35,165 bases of DNA from Priapulus caudatus (Eukaryota), in contig NW_014577092.1 of the NCBI RefSeq assembly GCF_000485595.1, forward strand, positions 560,192 to 595,356, read 5' to 3'. The translations under genes and the position numbers were made by a program. Under the pieces are notes generated by a model. That model searched no databases. It saw only the letters and a list, made by a program, of their open reading frames with translations, and was not told where the DNA came from. Shown here piece after piece: positions 1-13,364 of the stretch (positions within the stretch are counted from its first letter, which is position 1; each line of letters starts with the position of its first letter).

Positions 1-41
<41 letters not shown>

Positions 42-815
42 ATACGTGTGCGGACGTGTGGGTGAATGTGTGCGCTTGAGTCTATGCGCGCGTTCGTGCG
101 CGTGTGTGAGCGTGTTCGGGCATGCGTTTATGTTGGTTCGTCTGACACGTGTTTAGAAGATGGCTATGTCTCTCCTGTGCGAGCATGACGTGGTGAACAC
201 TCTAGCTGGTATAGCGAATACGATGCAGAATGAAGCAGCTATAAGACGCGTACACGTGCGATGGAGTAGACGTAAAATTACGCATCGACGCGTGGGTGCG
301 AATTCTCGTAGCGTATTATTTGTTCTATAGTACTATATTATCTCCACAATATTACTTATTACCTGCAGTGTTATTTTTTTGGTCTGAGATGATATTTACT
401 ATGAAATTTAATTAATTTAGTAAAATGTGTACAAATCACACGGACACCACGCTTGGCAATACGTCGTGTCATGCCCATGCACATACACATGTCCCTCGCA
501 TACACGTATGTACTCACGCCGACACTTATAGGCAACACACGCACGAACGCTGTTTTTACGTTCCGCTCGATGAAAGACGAGTGAAATTGTTAGAAGCCCC
601 GCAGGCATACGTTAATATTGGATGCATTCGGCTTACGTAATAAACCCTGTCATTCTCCGCCACTTTGCGTGTGTGTGTGAGAGAGAGTGTGTGTGCGTGC
701 GTGTGGTGTGTGTATGTCTGTGAGAGAGAGTGTGTGTGTGTGTGTGCGTGCGTGTGCGTGTGTGCGTGCGTGCGCGCGTGCATGCGTGTGGTGTGTGTGG
801 TTTGCTTGCGCGTGT
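1..815. repeat. (TG)n tract at 1-39 and compound TG/CG/GA microsatellite at about 667-815
   Basis: Dinucleotide runs are directly visible. The overlapping ORFs are low-complexity HT/CV translations. Confidence 0.9.
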
Positions 816-1209
816 GTTGGGTTAGGCAGAACTATATAGCCGCCGAAACTAACTGCGAACATATGGAATACGACGAAGAAAAACTGAGAGAAAGAAGAAA
901 GAAAATCTGGCGGCTAATCGATACACACTCGTATGTGACGTGCTCATGAGTTCGAGCAGTGCAACCGCTCGCCATATTTGCGTTTTCCTATTTCAATTAC
1001 GACGATATACGGATGAATCCCCATCTAAACCTGTGATCTGCTGCGTGTTGTATCAAGCAGGAATTGCGGGTACTCCCTGTTCACGCGCCATTATCGTCGT
1101 AACCGCTCTCGTATTCTCGTGCGGCTCGCAAAATATTATTTGTGGTTTGTCAGGTTTATTTTTCGTCAAACTGATCTACATGCAGTCACGCACAAACGCG
1201 CGTGCGCGC

Positions 1210-1258
1210 ACACATACATACATACATACATACATACATACATACATACATACATACA

Positions 1259-1289
<31 letters not shown>

Positions 1290-1723
1290 CATACATAAAT
1301 ACATACATACACATACATACATACATACATCATACATAGCAGTACTAATACATACATACATACATACAGTTACATACTACATACATCATACATACATACA
1401 TAACATACATACATACATACATACATATGCATACTACATACAATACATACATACATCATACTACATTTACTACATACGAACATAAAACATACATACATAA
1501 ATACATTATAAAAGCTATTACATACATACATACATTACATACAACCATACATATATCCATATATACATACAACATACATAATACATATACTTNNNNNNNN
1601 NNNNNNNNNNNNNNNNNNNNNNNNNNNNNNNNNNNNNNNNNNNNNNNNNNNNNNNNNNNNNNNNNNNNNNNNNNNNNNNNNNNNAAAAAGTAGAGAGACG
1701 GCGAGAGAGCGAACGAGAGAGAT

Positions 1724-1771
<48 letters not shown>
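1210..1771. repeat. (TACA)n tetranucleotide array, assembly gap (N at 1593-1684) and (GA)n tract
   Basis: Directly visible. The gap lies between two simple repeats. Confidence 0.95.
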
Positions 1772-1773
<2 letters not shown>

Positions 1774-3111
1774 GATCCTGTTTCTTGTTAGTTGCTCGTC
1801 CCGCGTCGTGGGCGTGCGTGCGTACGTGCGCGCGTGTATGTATGTGTGTCTATCCGTCTCTCTGTGTGTCTGTGTGCCTGTCTGTGTGTCTGTGCGTCAG
1901 TTTGTAGACCATGTACGCTTCCCCCGCGGCTGCTGTACCCTATAGCTAGGGTAAATAATATATGGAAGAAAAACAGTCATTGATGTTTTTCCGATCCCAC
2001 AGGCAACATATGTGATGACCGAGCGCAGCTTCCAGACGAAGATTTGGCCCGAATATCGTACTGCTCATCGCCCTCCCTCGTCTACCTCGTCTCTTTCTTT
2101 ATCCTTTCTCTTATTATCTTCCGTGTCATAAATTCTTTCGTATCCATTTCCTTTGTCATCAACACGTTTCCCTCCTCTCTCATATCTCTCTCCTTTCTCT
2201 CTCCTCCACCTTGATTTTCTCGGTATTCGTTTCAGCAGCCGTTTCATTCTTTTTATGTTATTTTTTCTTACTTTCCTCCTCCCTCTCCTCCTCCCGCTCC
2301 CTCTTTCTCCGCTTCATCCTTCTCCCTTCTTCTCATCGTCATTCCAACTCCGGTTGTGTGTATTCATCGCGGACCGCCGTGCTGCTTGCGGGAGGGAGTC
2401 AGGCTGGGCTGGGAAGCAAGCAAGCTCTACGTACATAGACACAGACAAGGACACGATGACGTCGGCAGCGCAAGATGGATGGACGCTACTACCCGCATGC
2501 TCGCTCGGAGCCTGCTGTACCTTATTGATTTTACGAATTAATGCAGCGGCAGCGCGCGCGGTAGCAGATTGCACTGTCTCCGCCGCCCGTACGTACACAC
2601 ACATACCACACACGACCGCATCGTTTCCCCGAGGGGGAGAGTTCTTCTCTTCGTGTATAGCGCGCGTGTGCGCGTGAGGGGAAATTTCGCTACGTTTTCC
2701 GCATAGGAACGAGCGACGTGCGCGCCTCGCCTCGCACCTCCAGCTTCAATTAGAGAGCGCATTGATCAGACGCTGCAGAAAATGAAGTCATCGATTTGCC
2801 GTCGCGCGCGCATACATACGCCGGTGCTGTCGCCGTTGTTACGCGGTCAGGATGCTCGCCGTATATACGCTGCGCCCCTGTTTATTATTTCAGAGCTGAA
2901 TACCTATCGTAGACACGCGTTGATAAAGTGCACAGCAGCAGCACCAGCTCGAAGCAAAACAAACGCAGACACGCGCAGATTTCAAGCTCTTCGTCCAATC
3001 TCCGTATGCGATATCTCGTTACGATCGGAGGAAAACTGGGGGCCGGCTATATAGCTCACCCGCAATAATCATCACGCACCACTCGCGCAGGATTTAATAT
3101 AGGATAGAGGA

Positions 3112-3119
3112 TAATATAG

Positions 3120-3167
<48 letters not shown>

Positions 3168-3183
3168 GTATAATAATAATAAT
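3112..3183. repeat. (TAA)n microsatellite
   Basis: Directly visible. Confidence 0.9.
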
Positions 3184-3644
3184 AGAGATACTATAGATAG
3201 GTTATTTTATGATCGGCTATATTTTAATATTTTTGTCATCGTTATAACGAGGTTTCGGGTGAGATGGACGTGTTACGGTTTATCGATGTTATATCAATAG
3301 ATATAGTAAACCGAGACTGTGACAAATGCTTGGTGCTCTCAGGGAACAGTAATTTATAAAAGCAATAATTCCAAATAGTATATATATTTACTCGTGGTGG
3401 ATGCCTTATAAATGTCACCTTGGTAATGCATTCCTTATCAATTGATTATGTTCTGTTGCTATCTCGCAGCATTGCGGTTATGTTATATTAAACATATGAT
3501 ACATTTTTTATCTCGTGGAGGATAGTGCATCAGCAACGTCGTTTCTATGTTTGCAGTACTACGCTTCAGCTACGTTTACTCGCTGTTAATTGTGCGTGAG
3601 GTGTTAGCCTCCCACCGACGACATATATACCTATATATACCTAC

Positions 3645-3708
3645 AGCGGGGGCTCGGGTGAAGCAAACCGGGTTAACGTGCCTTGCTCAAGGGCCCAACA
3701 GCAGAACG
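3645..3708 (-). mobile_element. Short SINE-like fragment
   Basis: gggttaacgtgccttgctcaagggcccaacagc resembles the reverse complement of the 'gttgtgcccttgagcaaggcactt' segment that follows the tRNA head in many metazoan SINEs. No head or tail is recognisable. Confidence 0.4.
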
Positions 3709-4995
3709 TTTTACATATTATATATTTTCATCTTTCACAGCTCGATGTGTATTGCACATAATCGATATGATTTCAAGATGTTATTTTGCGTTGGCACGCC
3801 GCCGACGTGCTATCCCTCTAGGCGGGTCGCGTATGCCGAAATTTTCCTATATTTTGTTTTATTTTCTTCCCATCAGCATATCATCCTTCTCGTACCTATA
3901 TATTTATATGCATATATATATATATACATACATATACACATATATGTATATATATATATATATATATACCCTCACAGCCCCATTCGCAGTTGCCATAATG
4001 GTGGATTCATGCATGCCACCACTAAATACGTGCCTGGTGATGTCATCAGAGTAGAACCCGCCAGCCGTCTTTCGCTCCGCGTGAGTTAATTAAAATTATC
4101 CGTTTTGCTTTCTGTGCGTATTCTGCGCTTAAGAGATGCATCCATCAGCTTACGCTGCCTGCGAGGCCATTGAAGCCTGCATGAGTGAGCGCTCGCAGCA
4201 CGCACGCACTGTACAAACGCATCGTCCCCTATACACTCAGTAGATTTCACCTGATGGCGAGCGAGCGCTTAGTTGTAGGCACACATCGATATTTTTGAGT
4301 GAAGCCAGCCAGCCTCTCGTAGGCCGAGCGTACGCGTGGCTCTACTTCTCACAGAGCCTTCGTACATGCACGCGCACTAACCGATCTTGCGAAGCCATTA
4401 TCGTTTGCTTGCCTGCCGGATGTATGAGGAAGAAATCGGAGCAAAGGGGCAGGAAAGAAAAACGATAAGGCAAAATGACCTGATCCGTTATATAACGTCC
4501 GATTATCGACTTTATAAATGAATATGGTTTGACGCGCAAGAATAACATGCCACGGGAAGGACTCGAGAATTCCTACTGTATGATAAAAATGCATCGGGCC
4601 GCTGCAGCATGCATACATACATTAATGGACCCGTCTATGTAGCGTTCACTCGTTAACCCGTTTGCAAATCCGTTTTTTACGGTGGCCCGCGTCGTAAAGG
4701 TCCGTTATCCTAGCCGTTAGTGTGTAATATTAATATTGTCGATTCCCTCAGATTACGTGCATGCTAGCGGGGGACCGTTCGTTGATCAGTGAGATCTGGA
4801 TTACGGAGCTAGGAGAGTATTCGTGTATTTTCACAATGGCTCGCGTAGAAGCGCGTAGCCCTACTGTCTGCGCCCGCTGTTAAGGTTTATCGATTATGAA
4901 GATCTACGGTCATTTATATATTGACATTTAAATAACACTTGCGCACGCGCTGACACATGCAGATACAGACCACACACGCATGCATATACTCAAAT

Positions 4996-5002
4996 ACACA
5001 CA

Positions 5003-5083
<81 letters not shown>

Positions 5084-5149
5084 ACAAACAAACAAACAAA
5101 CAAACAAACAAACAAACAGGCAAACAAGCGAGCAAACAAACAAACAAAC
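4996..5149. repeat. (CA)n followed by (AAAC)n compound microsatellite
   Basis: Directly visible. Confidence 0.95.
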
Positions 5150-6955
5150 GCGCATCGACGTGTGCAGTCGCCATCACATCGGCATAAATTTTTTTCGACC
5201 TGTGCAGTGATTAAAATAAACCTATTTATGTCTGAAATATAATAGTTATAGTATTTACGGAGAAGATTATATTCAACTCGCCTATATAGACGCAATACAT
5301 CTAAAAATCGCTCTCTCGCTAGTTTTTTTCTTATTAATACAAGTTATAATTATTAATTATAATTTTAAAACAATTAACAGAACCTTGAACTCAAGGCTCA
5401 TTTGCAAAACACATTATCGAAACTATTTCATACGTTTCCGGTTTCTCCATACGCTTAAATACTACTGAAGTATCGCCGGTAAGGCTTTACTTTTAGAATA
5501 AGCGCAACCGATTGCAATAGGCGCCTATAAATATATCCGTAACACCGCCTATATCATTATCGTCAGATAATGAACAAAGACATTGGAAAGTGTAGTGAAT
5601 AATATGATATGTCTTACACACGTTAAGCAATTTATTAAATAGTGTTAGATTTTATGAACGGCGATAAATTAGAATAGACTACAGATTAGAGTATAGATTA
5701 GCTGAATGATAGACGTGTGACATATTGAGCATAGAGGATTTTATTTACCACGTCTATACATTCTCAGTGGTTCCTAAGAGGGCTCACAAGTAATCGAGGT
5801 GTGGTTGTATTCGTGTGCGAGAAGTACTGCGTTAGTCTGCGTCAACTGCTCACGCCGTGCTGCTATCACGCGTACGGCCCGGTGGGTTATTAAACTAGGA
5901 CAGCACAGCTTGATGTCTCGCGGCAGAGCAAAGTAATAAGTTGAGTATACACGTCTCTCTCTCTCTCTCTCCCGTCCTACATTTCGGCGTGCTCTCCGAT
6001 GTTTTGTGTTTCTCCTACTGTACATCTAGGCTAAACATTTCTGTTCGAGCGAAACGTTACGAAGGAAAAATACACCCGATAACAGTGTTACCGTACGCAG
6101 TAACTTACGCGCTCCGTTAAATTATTGAACGTAACCCGACAGCCGGCGATCCGGAATCGACAAAAACGCGACCTAATTTATTCTGTCGTATAATCCCCGC
6201 AAACTGAAAATTCATTCCAGTTTCGCACCCATCAGGTTCGTGTTGAATTGAAAGCTACGAGAGATAATTCGATACGACACTTAGTGCTGCACAGAAACTT
6301 GCATGCGTGCATACGCCGATAGGAGGAAATACAGACGGATATATTTGATTAGAGCCTACTCTCGTGGATTAACACAGAGGATGCAGTGTAACGCATAGAC
6401 TCTGTTGTTCCGATATAAATTAATTGGCGTGCAGCTTGCTGAATACTTGTAGTTTCAACACGGCTACCCTAGCAAAGTGTATACGCCACCGCACACACAT
6501 GCATGAATACATACCACCAATAGCTCGCCCGGGAACTGTACCCTGAGCGTAGGAGCAACTTCATCGCTGACATCGCGAGCGGCGAGTGGCACGGATGATC
6601 TCGGCAAAGCTGGCGGGAGTTGAGTGAACTTTATGCTAGGTTTACATTATGTTCCCTGCGGCCACGGCAGCCCCGTATGCCCGAAACGTAGTCCGCCGTG
6701 GGATTTTGACAATTTTTTCTCTGTATTCAAGTTTTGTTATAAGTTGAGTTAGGTTTTGCCAAGTTTTTTCACGGTCTATCACAGTATCCGTGACGGGCCG
6801 TGGGGGGGGGAAAGGGCTGAGTCCCGGAGGCTCCAAGGCGCACTACGGTTCGGTCCGCGGTCTACCACGGATGACAGTACGTTCCCTCCCGGCCCGTCAC
6901 GTTCTGATGGGGTCCCTTACGTTTCTCACGTTCTGATCAAGGTCTGACACGTTTT

Positions 6956-7228
6956 TCACGTTCTGTCAAGGCTTTCTACGGATGAAACGTGGACGCCGGG
7001 CAGCTTTGGAGCACGTTTGTGCCCACGGTATAAAAAGAAGGCCTCCCAAGCAATAGAAATCATTGTATCCTGAGATTTCAGTTCAGGCACCGGGTCAGGA
7101 GCAGTAGCACGCTCCTCTTCATCTGGCGGCGGTGAACGGCGAGGATCTTCAGGCTGCTCCTGCTCCTCTACTGGTGGTGGTGGTGCAGGACGGGGGGCCT
7201 TCGTACGTCTTGGCTTCTTCGGTGGCAT
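6956..7228 (-). pseudogene. Truncated ORF inside the Harbinger element, probably the N-terminus of the accessory (Myb/SANT-type) protein
   Basis: MPPKKPRRTKAPRPAPPPPVEEQEQPED is an NLS-like basic start followed by a Pro/Glu-rich region, downstream of a TATA+Inr. No folded domain remains, so the identity is inferred from Harbinger two-gene architecture. Confidence 0.45.
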
Positions 7229-7305
7229 AGCTTGGCCTTCTTTCTTCAAAGCTTGGTCTTCTCTCTTCGTATTGTAGATGCAGTAATGTGTCGTCGATTG
7301 AATTC

Positions 7306-7341
7306 GAATGAAGCTCCCCTGCCTGGCCCGGCCTTTATATA
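7306..7341 (-). promoter_or_regulatory. TATA box plus Initiator core promoter inside the Harbinger element
   Basis: Minus-strand TATATAAA (7341-7334) and TCATTC (7311-7306). The Inr A at 7309 is 30-32 nt downstream of the TATA box, and an ATG follows at 7228. Confidence 0.55.
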
Positions 7342-7762
7342 CTCCCTCCCAGACCGCGCGCGCCGTGTCATACCGTATAGTAGAAAGCAACGCGCCGTAG
7401 CGCGCCGGGCCCGTAGCCGGCGCGTAGCCCGCCCCACTACGGACCGCCTCCAAGTTTTGTTACGGCCTATTACGTACTGTCACGTTTTGTTGCGTTCACC
7501 CCGTTTTACTACGGCCTACTAGGTTTCTCATCCGCACTGTAACATTTTCTGACAGTTTAAAAATCTGACCCGGCATCCACGGCAATCACGGCCTGTCACG
7601 TTTGCCCATTCCGTCCCCTCGTGTTGCCTCACGTCCATCCCGTTTTGTCCACGGTGGCCTGAAACGTGATTGCCGTGGCCGCCGGGAACATAATGTAAAC
7701 CTAGCATTAACGTTCGGTATACGCGAAGGACTGATGGTGCTCTATACTTTCGGTTTTAACAT

Positions 7763-7828
7763 GGGCCCGTTGTCAGAAACAAAATCAGTCTTAACATTAG
7801 TCGTAACGATCTTTCTGACAACGGGCCC
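7763..7828. mobile_element. 66-bp MITE (deletion derivative of the family at 17866-18047)
   Basis: Perfect 17-bp TIR gggcccgttgtcagaaa / tttctgacaacgggccc. The internal 'gtcttaacatta' is shared with the 17.9 kb copy. Confidence 0.75.
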
Positions 7829-9039
7829 CTAGGTTCATATTTGTATACACTACTGCTTTTGTATATCCTATCAATCGCATGTACGATTGTTAAATCGCGC
7901 TAATATTTTACGTAGGATTGAACGATTACGTTGTGCTTGGATATTCTATTAATCTACTGATAAATTCTGTATTTATATATATATCATTGATAAAAAAACT
8001 AAATCTACTGATAAATTGGTACAGGCGTGTATGGTGAACGTACAGGTTGATGACCGGTCCTCTCTCCATGCAGCGTTAGTCACGTCGCTTATTATAATTG
8101 TCTACAACGCCTTCCTAGCGCTACGATTCTTTACTTCCTCACTCATTCGCCCTTCCTCTATGAATTGGTTACGTTACGCGCTCATTACACACACGATTAG
8201 AGTACAACACTTAAATCAGCTCATGCAGGAAATAAATTACATCGCATAGATGATGCCAAGGTATGCCAATGATGTGCAATCATTAGATGTTTAAGATAAC
8301 TACATCGCACGAACGTCCCAAGGCTATTTAATACGCAAAAATGTTTGAACATAATCTGGCCATTGTATCCACGCATTCTGCTTAATTTCTACATATTTTC
8401 TAACTATATATGTAAATATCACCCAGATGATTGTTGATTTATCAGATGTTTCCTGATTTTCCGAATAATGAATAGTAGTTACATTTAATTTCTACTACCA
8501 ATAAACTTTTTAATAAAGGGATCATTAAGCGAAATTAATCTCTCTCTCTCTCATTCTTCACTCTCTTGCACGTGTATATTGTCGTTTTTTTTCGCTAATA
8601 CTATTTCTTCCTCGTTTGCATTCTCTTCCTCTCACTCTCTCTCTCTCTTCCTCTCACTCTCTCTCTCTTTTCCTCGCTCGCGTTCTTTCTCTCTGTCGCG
8701 CGCGCTCTGTCTTTCGCTCTCGTTTGATCTTTCTCTGCCTATATCTATCTCTGGTTATCTACCCTTTCTCGTATAGCTACTTCTCGATCACGCGATTTCT
8801 CTCCCCTCTTTCTATGCATGTTTATTTGTCTCACTCGCTCCGCGTGGGATTTCCCTATCAATTTTTTGTACACTCCACCGCTATATTTCTATTTTTCTAT
8901 ATAGACCTACCACCTTCTATTTTTTTCTCTGTCTGCCTCTCATCAGTTGTTCGCGTTCGAAGTCGATGCACTTCGACTGAATTAAGCTGTTGCACTATTA
9001 GTCTTTATATATATATATATGGCCTACGCGCGCACGCTC

Positions 9040-9104
9040 GTGTGTGTGTGTGCGTGTGTGCGTGCGTGCGTGCGCTGCGTCGCTGTGCTGTGTGTGTGTG
9101 TGGG

Positions 9105-9135
<31 letters not shown>

Positions 9136-10150
9136 GGTGTGTGTGTATGTGTGTGTATGTGTGCGCGTGTGTGTATGCGACCATGATGGCAGTAAAATTA
9201 TTTGTTGACGTCACAGACAGTTATCGTATATAAAGCGAACGATAAACAGTAAGACTAGCCTTTTACGAACATGAGAATATAAACCCGTTTAAAAATATAT
9301 CAACACCTTAACGCTATCCGTTGAAAGTGGGTGTAACCGCGCCCTAATTGTGTCTACTATATCAAAGGCAGTGACGAACTGTTTCAATCGAGGCATATTC
9401 GCATGATGATAAATGAGACGCGCTGGCAATGGCAATGGCGTCTTTCTATAAGCCAATACAGTATCTCCTGCTTAATTAAATGAGCCTGTTTACTTTCCCG
9501 TAACAACTAATGAGATGTGACCATTTATTATGTTATTGAACTGTCGAGATGGAGATAGGCATGTTCAACAAACAATTAGGTATAGAAATTTCTTGCTCAG
9601 GCACACAGAGTGGAGGTCGCTGGCTGTATAGCAGGCTCAGCGAATGTTATCGATCCTATATATCGTAGATCTGCAACATATAGACGCAGTAATATGTAAT
9701 CGTCATTGGTGTAAGATAAGATGACCTGTAGTCGGCGGACACACGGGGCCGACGCATTGCCTATACGTGACTAACGTATACGCTACGCGGCCGGGGGGCC
9801 AATTCGTTCCCCGTTCAAATAAGTGCGTGCGATATCTATTCGAGACAGCGTCTAGGAGCTCGTCGACTGAATTAGCCGACTGAATGAGCGCGATCGCACG
9901 TAACACCGGCGGGTGCGCACGCCAAGCAATACCACCGGTTGAAATTATCTGCTATTCCTGAGCATTACCCCTGTATGATAAAGACATCACTCACCATTTC
10001 TCTCGCCCACCCTCTCGTCTCCCCTCTCTCTTTGTCTCTCTCGCTTCGATCTTCTTTCTCTCTCTCTCTCTCTCTCTGTCTCTCCTGCTCCTTGTCTCTT
10101 CTCTGTCTCTCTCTGCTGTCTCTCTCTGTCTCTCTCTCTGTCTCTCTCTC

Positions 10151-10188
<38 letters not shown>

Positions 10189-10400
10189 AAATATATTAAT
10201 TATAAATATATATATATATATATTAATATATGTATATATATATATAAATGTATATGTATATGTATACATATATATATATATATATACTATACATATACGT
10301 ATACATATACATATAGGCATACGCACAATAATTTTAATATTTGAAGTGTTTACAGCAAAAGAATTTCTAAGTATATATATATATATATATAAATATATTA
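9040..10400. repeat. Microsatellites: (TG)n about 9040-9175, (CT)n about 10010-10188, (TA)n-rich about 10195-10400
   Basis: Directly visible. Unique sequence lies between the first two tracts. Confidence 0.85.
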
Positions 10401-12604
10401 AATTATATTATGCATTTATAAGTAATTATGTAGAAAACGTCATATAACCCTGAATAATGGATGTGCTTGTTACGCTGAATTAAATATGAACGCAGGCCGG
10501 CCTGGCACGTGCCATGAATGTCTCATGCTGCCCTGATACAGAGATGAGCATCGCGAGTCAACAATACCATCCCGCGCCCTACTCCCACCCTGTTCCGGGC
10601 GTACTAAACACCGCAAATGATAGCCTACGGCTCCACGGCGCTGCATTGTATTACCACGTACGTAGGGTCCGTGTCGAGCTTGTATTGGGTTTGTATTCGA
10701 TACCACATTCTGGTCAACAAACAATGCAGCCACGCAGCGCTTGGCTCACATGTGCAGTTTCCTATAACCGCGTGCTCAGCGCGCTGGACGATACGTCACC
10801 GTTGTCTTTATTACGACGTATTATAATATAAAGTAGGGGCGGCATCTATTAATTACGATACAAAGAAATCACTCCATCGGCAAGCTCCTTGCAACGCTAA
10901 AATCATCGTACAGTATAAGCTCTCCGTGCATCGCCTACGAGAGAGAGGGGATGAATGAGAAGGGGTATTATATATATACATATAATGCGCTTGATTAATT
11001 TCCATATCATTTGTATTCATGCGAAAGATAGCGATCGGATTTCATTACGAATATGTGGAGCAGAGAAAAACGAATCCGCCACACGATATTAATTATAAAT
11101 AAGAGACGAAAGCGCCGCGGTATCTCGCGAGACATCTCGCTTTCGATTACCTCTTCGCAGGTGGAAATAAATCGGAATATATACAGACGTTGGGAAAAAG
11201 TTCTTTACGAATTTGATCGACCAAGATTGCAGACAAAGTAATTAAAAAATACATCAATAATGATTACTCTCGCCGCGCGCATGCGCACCCTTCGTCACAA
11301 ATTCGACAAGCAAATGAACGAATAATTGATTTTCTTGTTCATGTAGCAACTAATTATTTCAAGTTACGTTTGCGCAGAAACGCAAAAAATTTCAAGATGG
11401 CGGACATGTATAAATCAGCGAATCTTATAACTGGTTCTTGTACAAACGAACAGTTGTGGATGTTCGTATAGACGCAATCGTTATAGAAATATCTCTGACT
11501 GGTTCGTGACGATGATCCTGTCTTCTATATATTCACCGCCCAACTTTGGCCTCTATTTCACTCGGATACCCTTCTGAGGATGGATTGCTTACATTCGTTT
11601 CTATTTCTTTTGTTTTATTTTATATTAATTTAGTGCTGTCATGTGCATTTCTTGATGATATTATGATATCGTTGCGCATTTTCGCAACGCCTATCTTCGG
11701 GAGATCTTTCGCTCTAGTTCAGGCGAGATCGTAAGCCAGTATGGGTGCCGTTAAGTTCGCCTTTACTACCGTTCGACTTATGTGATGATTATGTTAGATT
11801 TAAATAAAATAAGAACAACGTTAGAATAAAATAGACCACATACTGATATTCATCAACATACCTTCAAATATATTTCATAAAACATGTGTTTTTCTCTATC
11901 ACTCCGGTCTCAGTCGAACATTCTTGGTTGATTCCCACCAAAAAACTGTCTACCTATAAACATCGCTGGTCCTTTCAATTTCGTGCGCACTACAAACAGT
12001 GTTGCTTTCAAAAGCATTGCACTACAAATTTGCACTGCAAAAGTGTTGCCCTACAAAAGCATGTTGCCTTCCTACAAACGTATTTGTTCTTTTTTTAAAG
12101 TCGGGTCACATTTCCTAAAACTCTGAACGTTTTTGTCACGTTTAAAAAAACCAACTCACGCCAGGTAACGCGCTCTGTGCCGTAAGCTGAAACTCGTCTC
12201 TTCGTGTTTACTCTAAACCTTAGTAGTACAGTAAGTATAGCTGTTTGTTTACTTATCACGTTATTTTCGACAAACACGAACAACGAGCGTGTCTCAATGC
12301 ACGACGATAGACAGTAAGTGCATATATGCGTGTGTATACCAACCTCACAAATGGAGATTCGTCCATTTCTATACGAATCTACTTGGTACGCGATGAACAC
12401 GATAAATCAAATAATAATTGGCGCAAACTTTCGACCACTCGGAACCCACGTGTTCATAGGTAGACATCGAGCCAACTATTCGTATGTCGAATAACACATA
12501 ACATCTAACGTGCTCGAAAAGAATAGCACTATTTCTGTGCCAGAAATAACAAAGAAAAAAGATAAGCAGCAGCAGAAGCAAACAGCAGTGGTAGGTGTAG
12601 GGTG

Positions 12605-13225
12605 TCAGGCAGGTAAACAGGTATGCACGCGGCAGGTAAACAAGTACGGGTGAGACAAGTAAACAAGTACGCGTGAGGCAGGTAAACAAGGACGGGTGAG
12701 ACAGGTAAACAAGTACGCGTGAGACAGGTAAACAAGTACGCGTGAGGCAGGTAAACAAGTACGCGTGAGGCAAGTAAACAAGTACGCGTGAGGCAAGTAA
12801 ACAAGTACGCGTGAGGCAAGTAAACAAGTACGCGTAGACCAGGTAAAAGCAAGTACGCGTGAGACAGGTAAACAAGTACGCGTCAGGCAGGTAAACAAGT
12901 ACGCGTCAGGCAGGTAAACAAGTACGCGTGAGGCAGATAAACAAGTACGCGTGAGGCAGGTAAACAAGTACGCGTAAGGCAGATAAACAAGTACGCGCGA
13001 GGTAAGTAAACAAGTACGCGTGTGGCAGGAAAACAAGTATATACGCGTGAGGCAGGAAAACAAGTATACGCGTGAGGCAGGAAAACAAGTACGCGTGAGA
13101 CAGGTAAACAAGTACGCGTCAGGTAGGTAAACAAGCACGCGTGAGGCAGGAAAGCAAGTACGCGTGAGGCAGGTAAACAAGTACACGTGAGGCACGTAAA
13201 CAAGTACGCGTGAGGTAGGTAAACA
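12605..13225. repeat. 23-bp minisatellite, about 27 copies, consensus AGGTAAACAAGTACGCGTGAGGC
   Basis: Head-to-tail units with point variants and two TA-insertion variants. There are no unique spacers. Confidence 0.95.
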
Positions 13226-13297
13226 CGCGCGCATTACGCAGGTTATCAGGCAGAGACATGCTGGTAAACGGCTGCGTCTGACCCAGATGCGGTGTTA

Positions 13298-13364
13298 TAA
13301 TAATAATAATAATGATGATGATGATGATGATGATAATGCTGATGATGATGATGATGACGATGAT
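13298..13364. repeat. (TAA)n-(GAT)n compound trinucleotide repeat
   Basis: Directly visible. Confidence 0.9.

Larger units (their letters stand above)
6634..7706 (-). mobile_element. Non-autonomous PIF/Harbinger DNA transposon (1073 bp)
   Basis: 36-bp TIRs with one mismatch (tgctaggtttacattatgttccctgcggccacggca / tgccgtggccgccgggaacataatgtaaacctagca). TTA occurs on both sides (6631-6633, 7707-7709), the TWA target duplication typical of Harbinger. Confidence 0.88.

Noticed and set aside
2457..2677. Signal-peptide-like ORF MTSAAQDGWTLLPACSLGACCTLLIL, considered as a bursicon-beta exon
   Set aside because: No beta motifs (KCEG.C.S, C.CCRE) follow, and there is no convincing splice structure.
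417..10326. Numerous ORFs with HT/CV/SL/RE/YI repeats
   Set aside because: They are translations of microsatellites.
12605..13225. CRISPR-like array or repetitive protein ORFs (12369-13234, minus strand)
   Set aside because: Units are contiguous with no unique spacers, there are no cas genes, and the context is eukaryotic. The ORFs simply reflect a stop-poor repeat.
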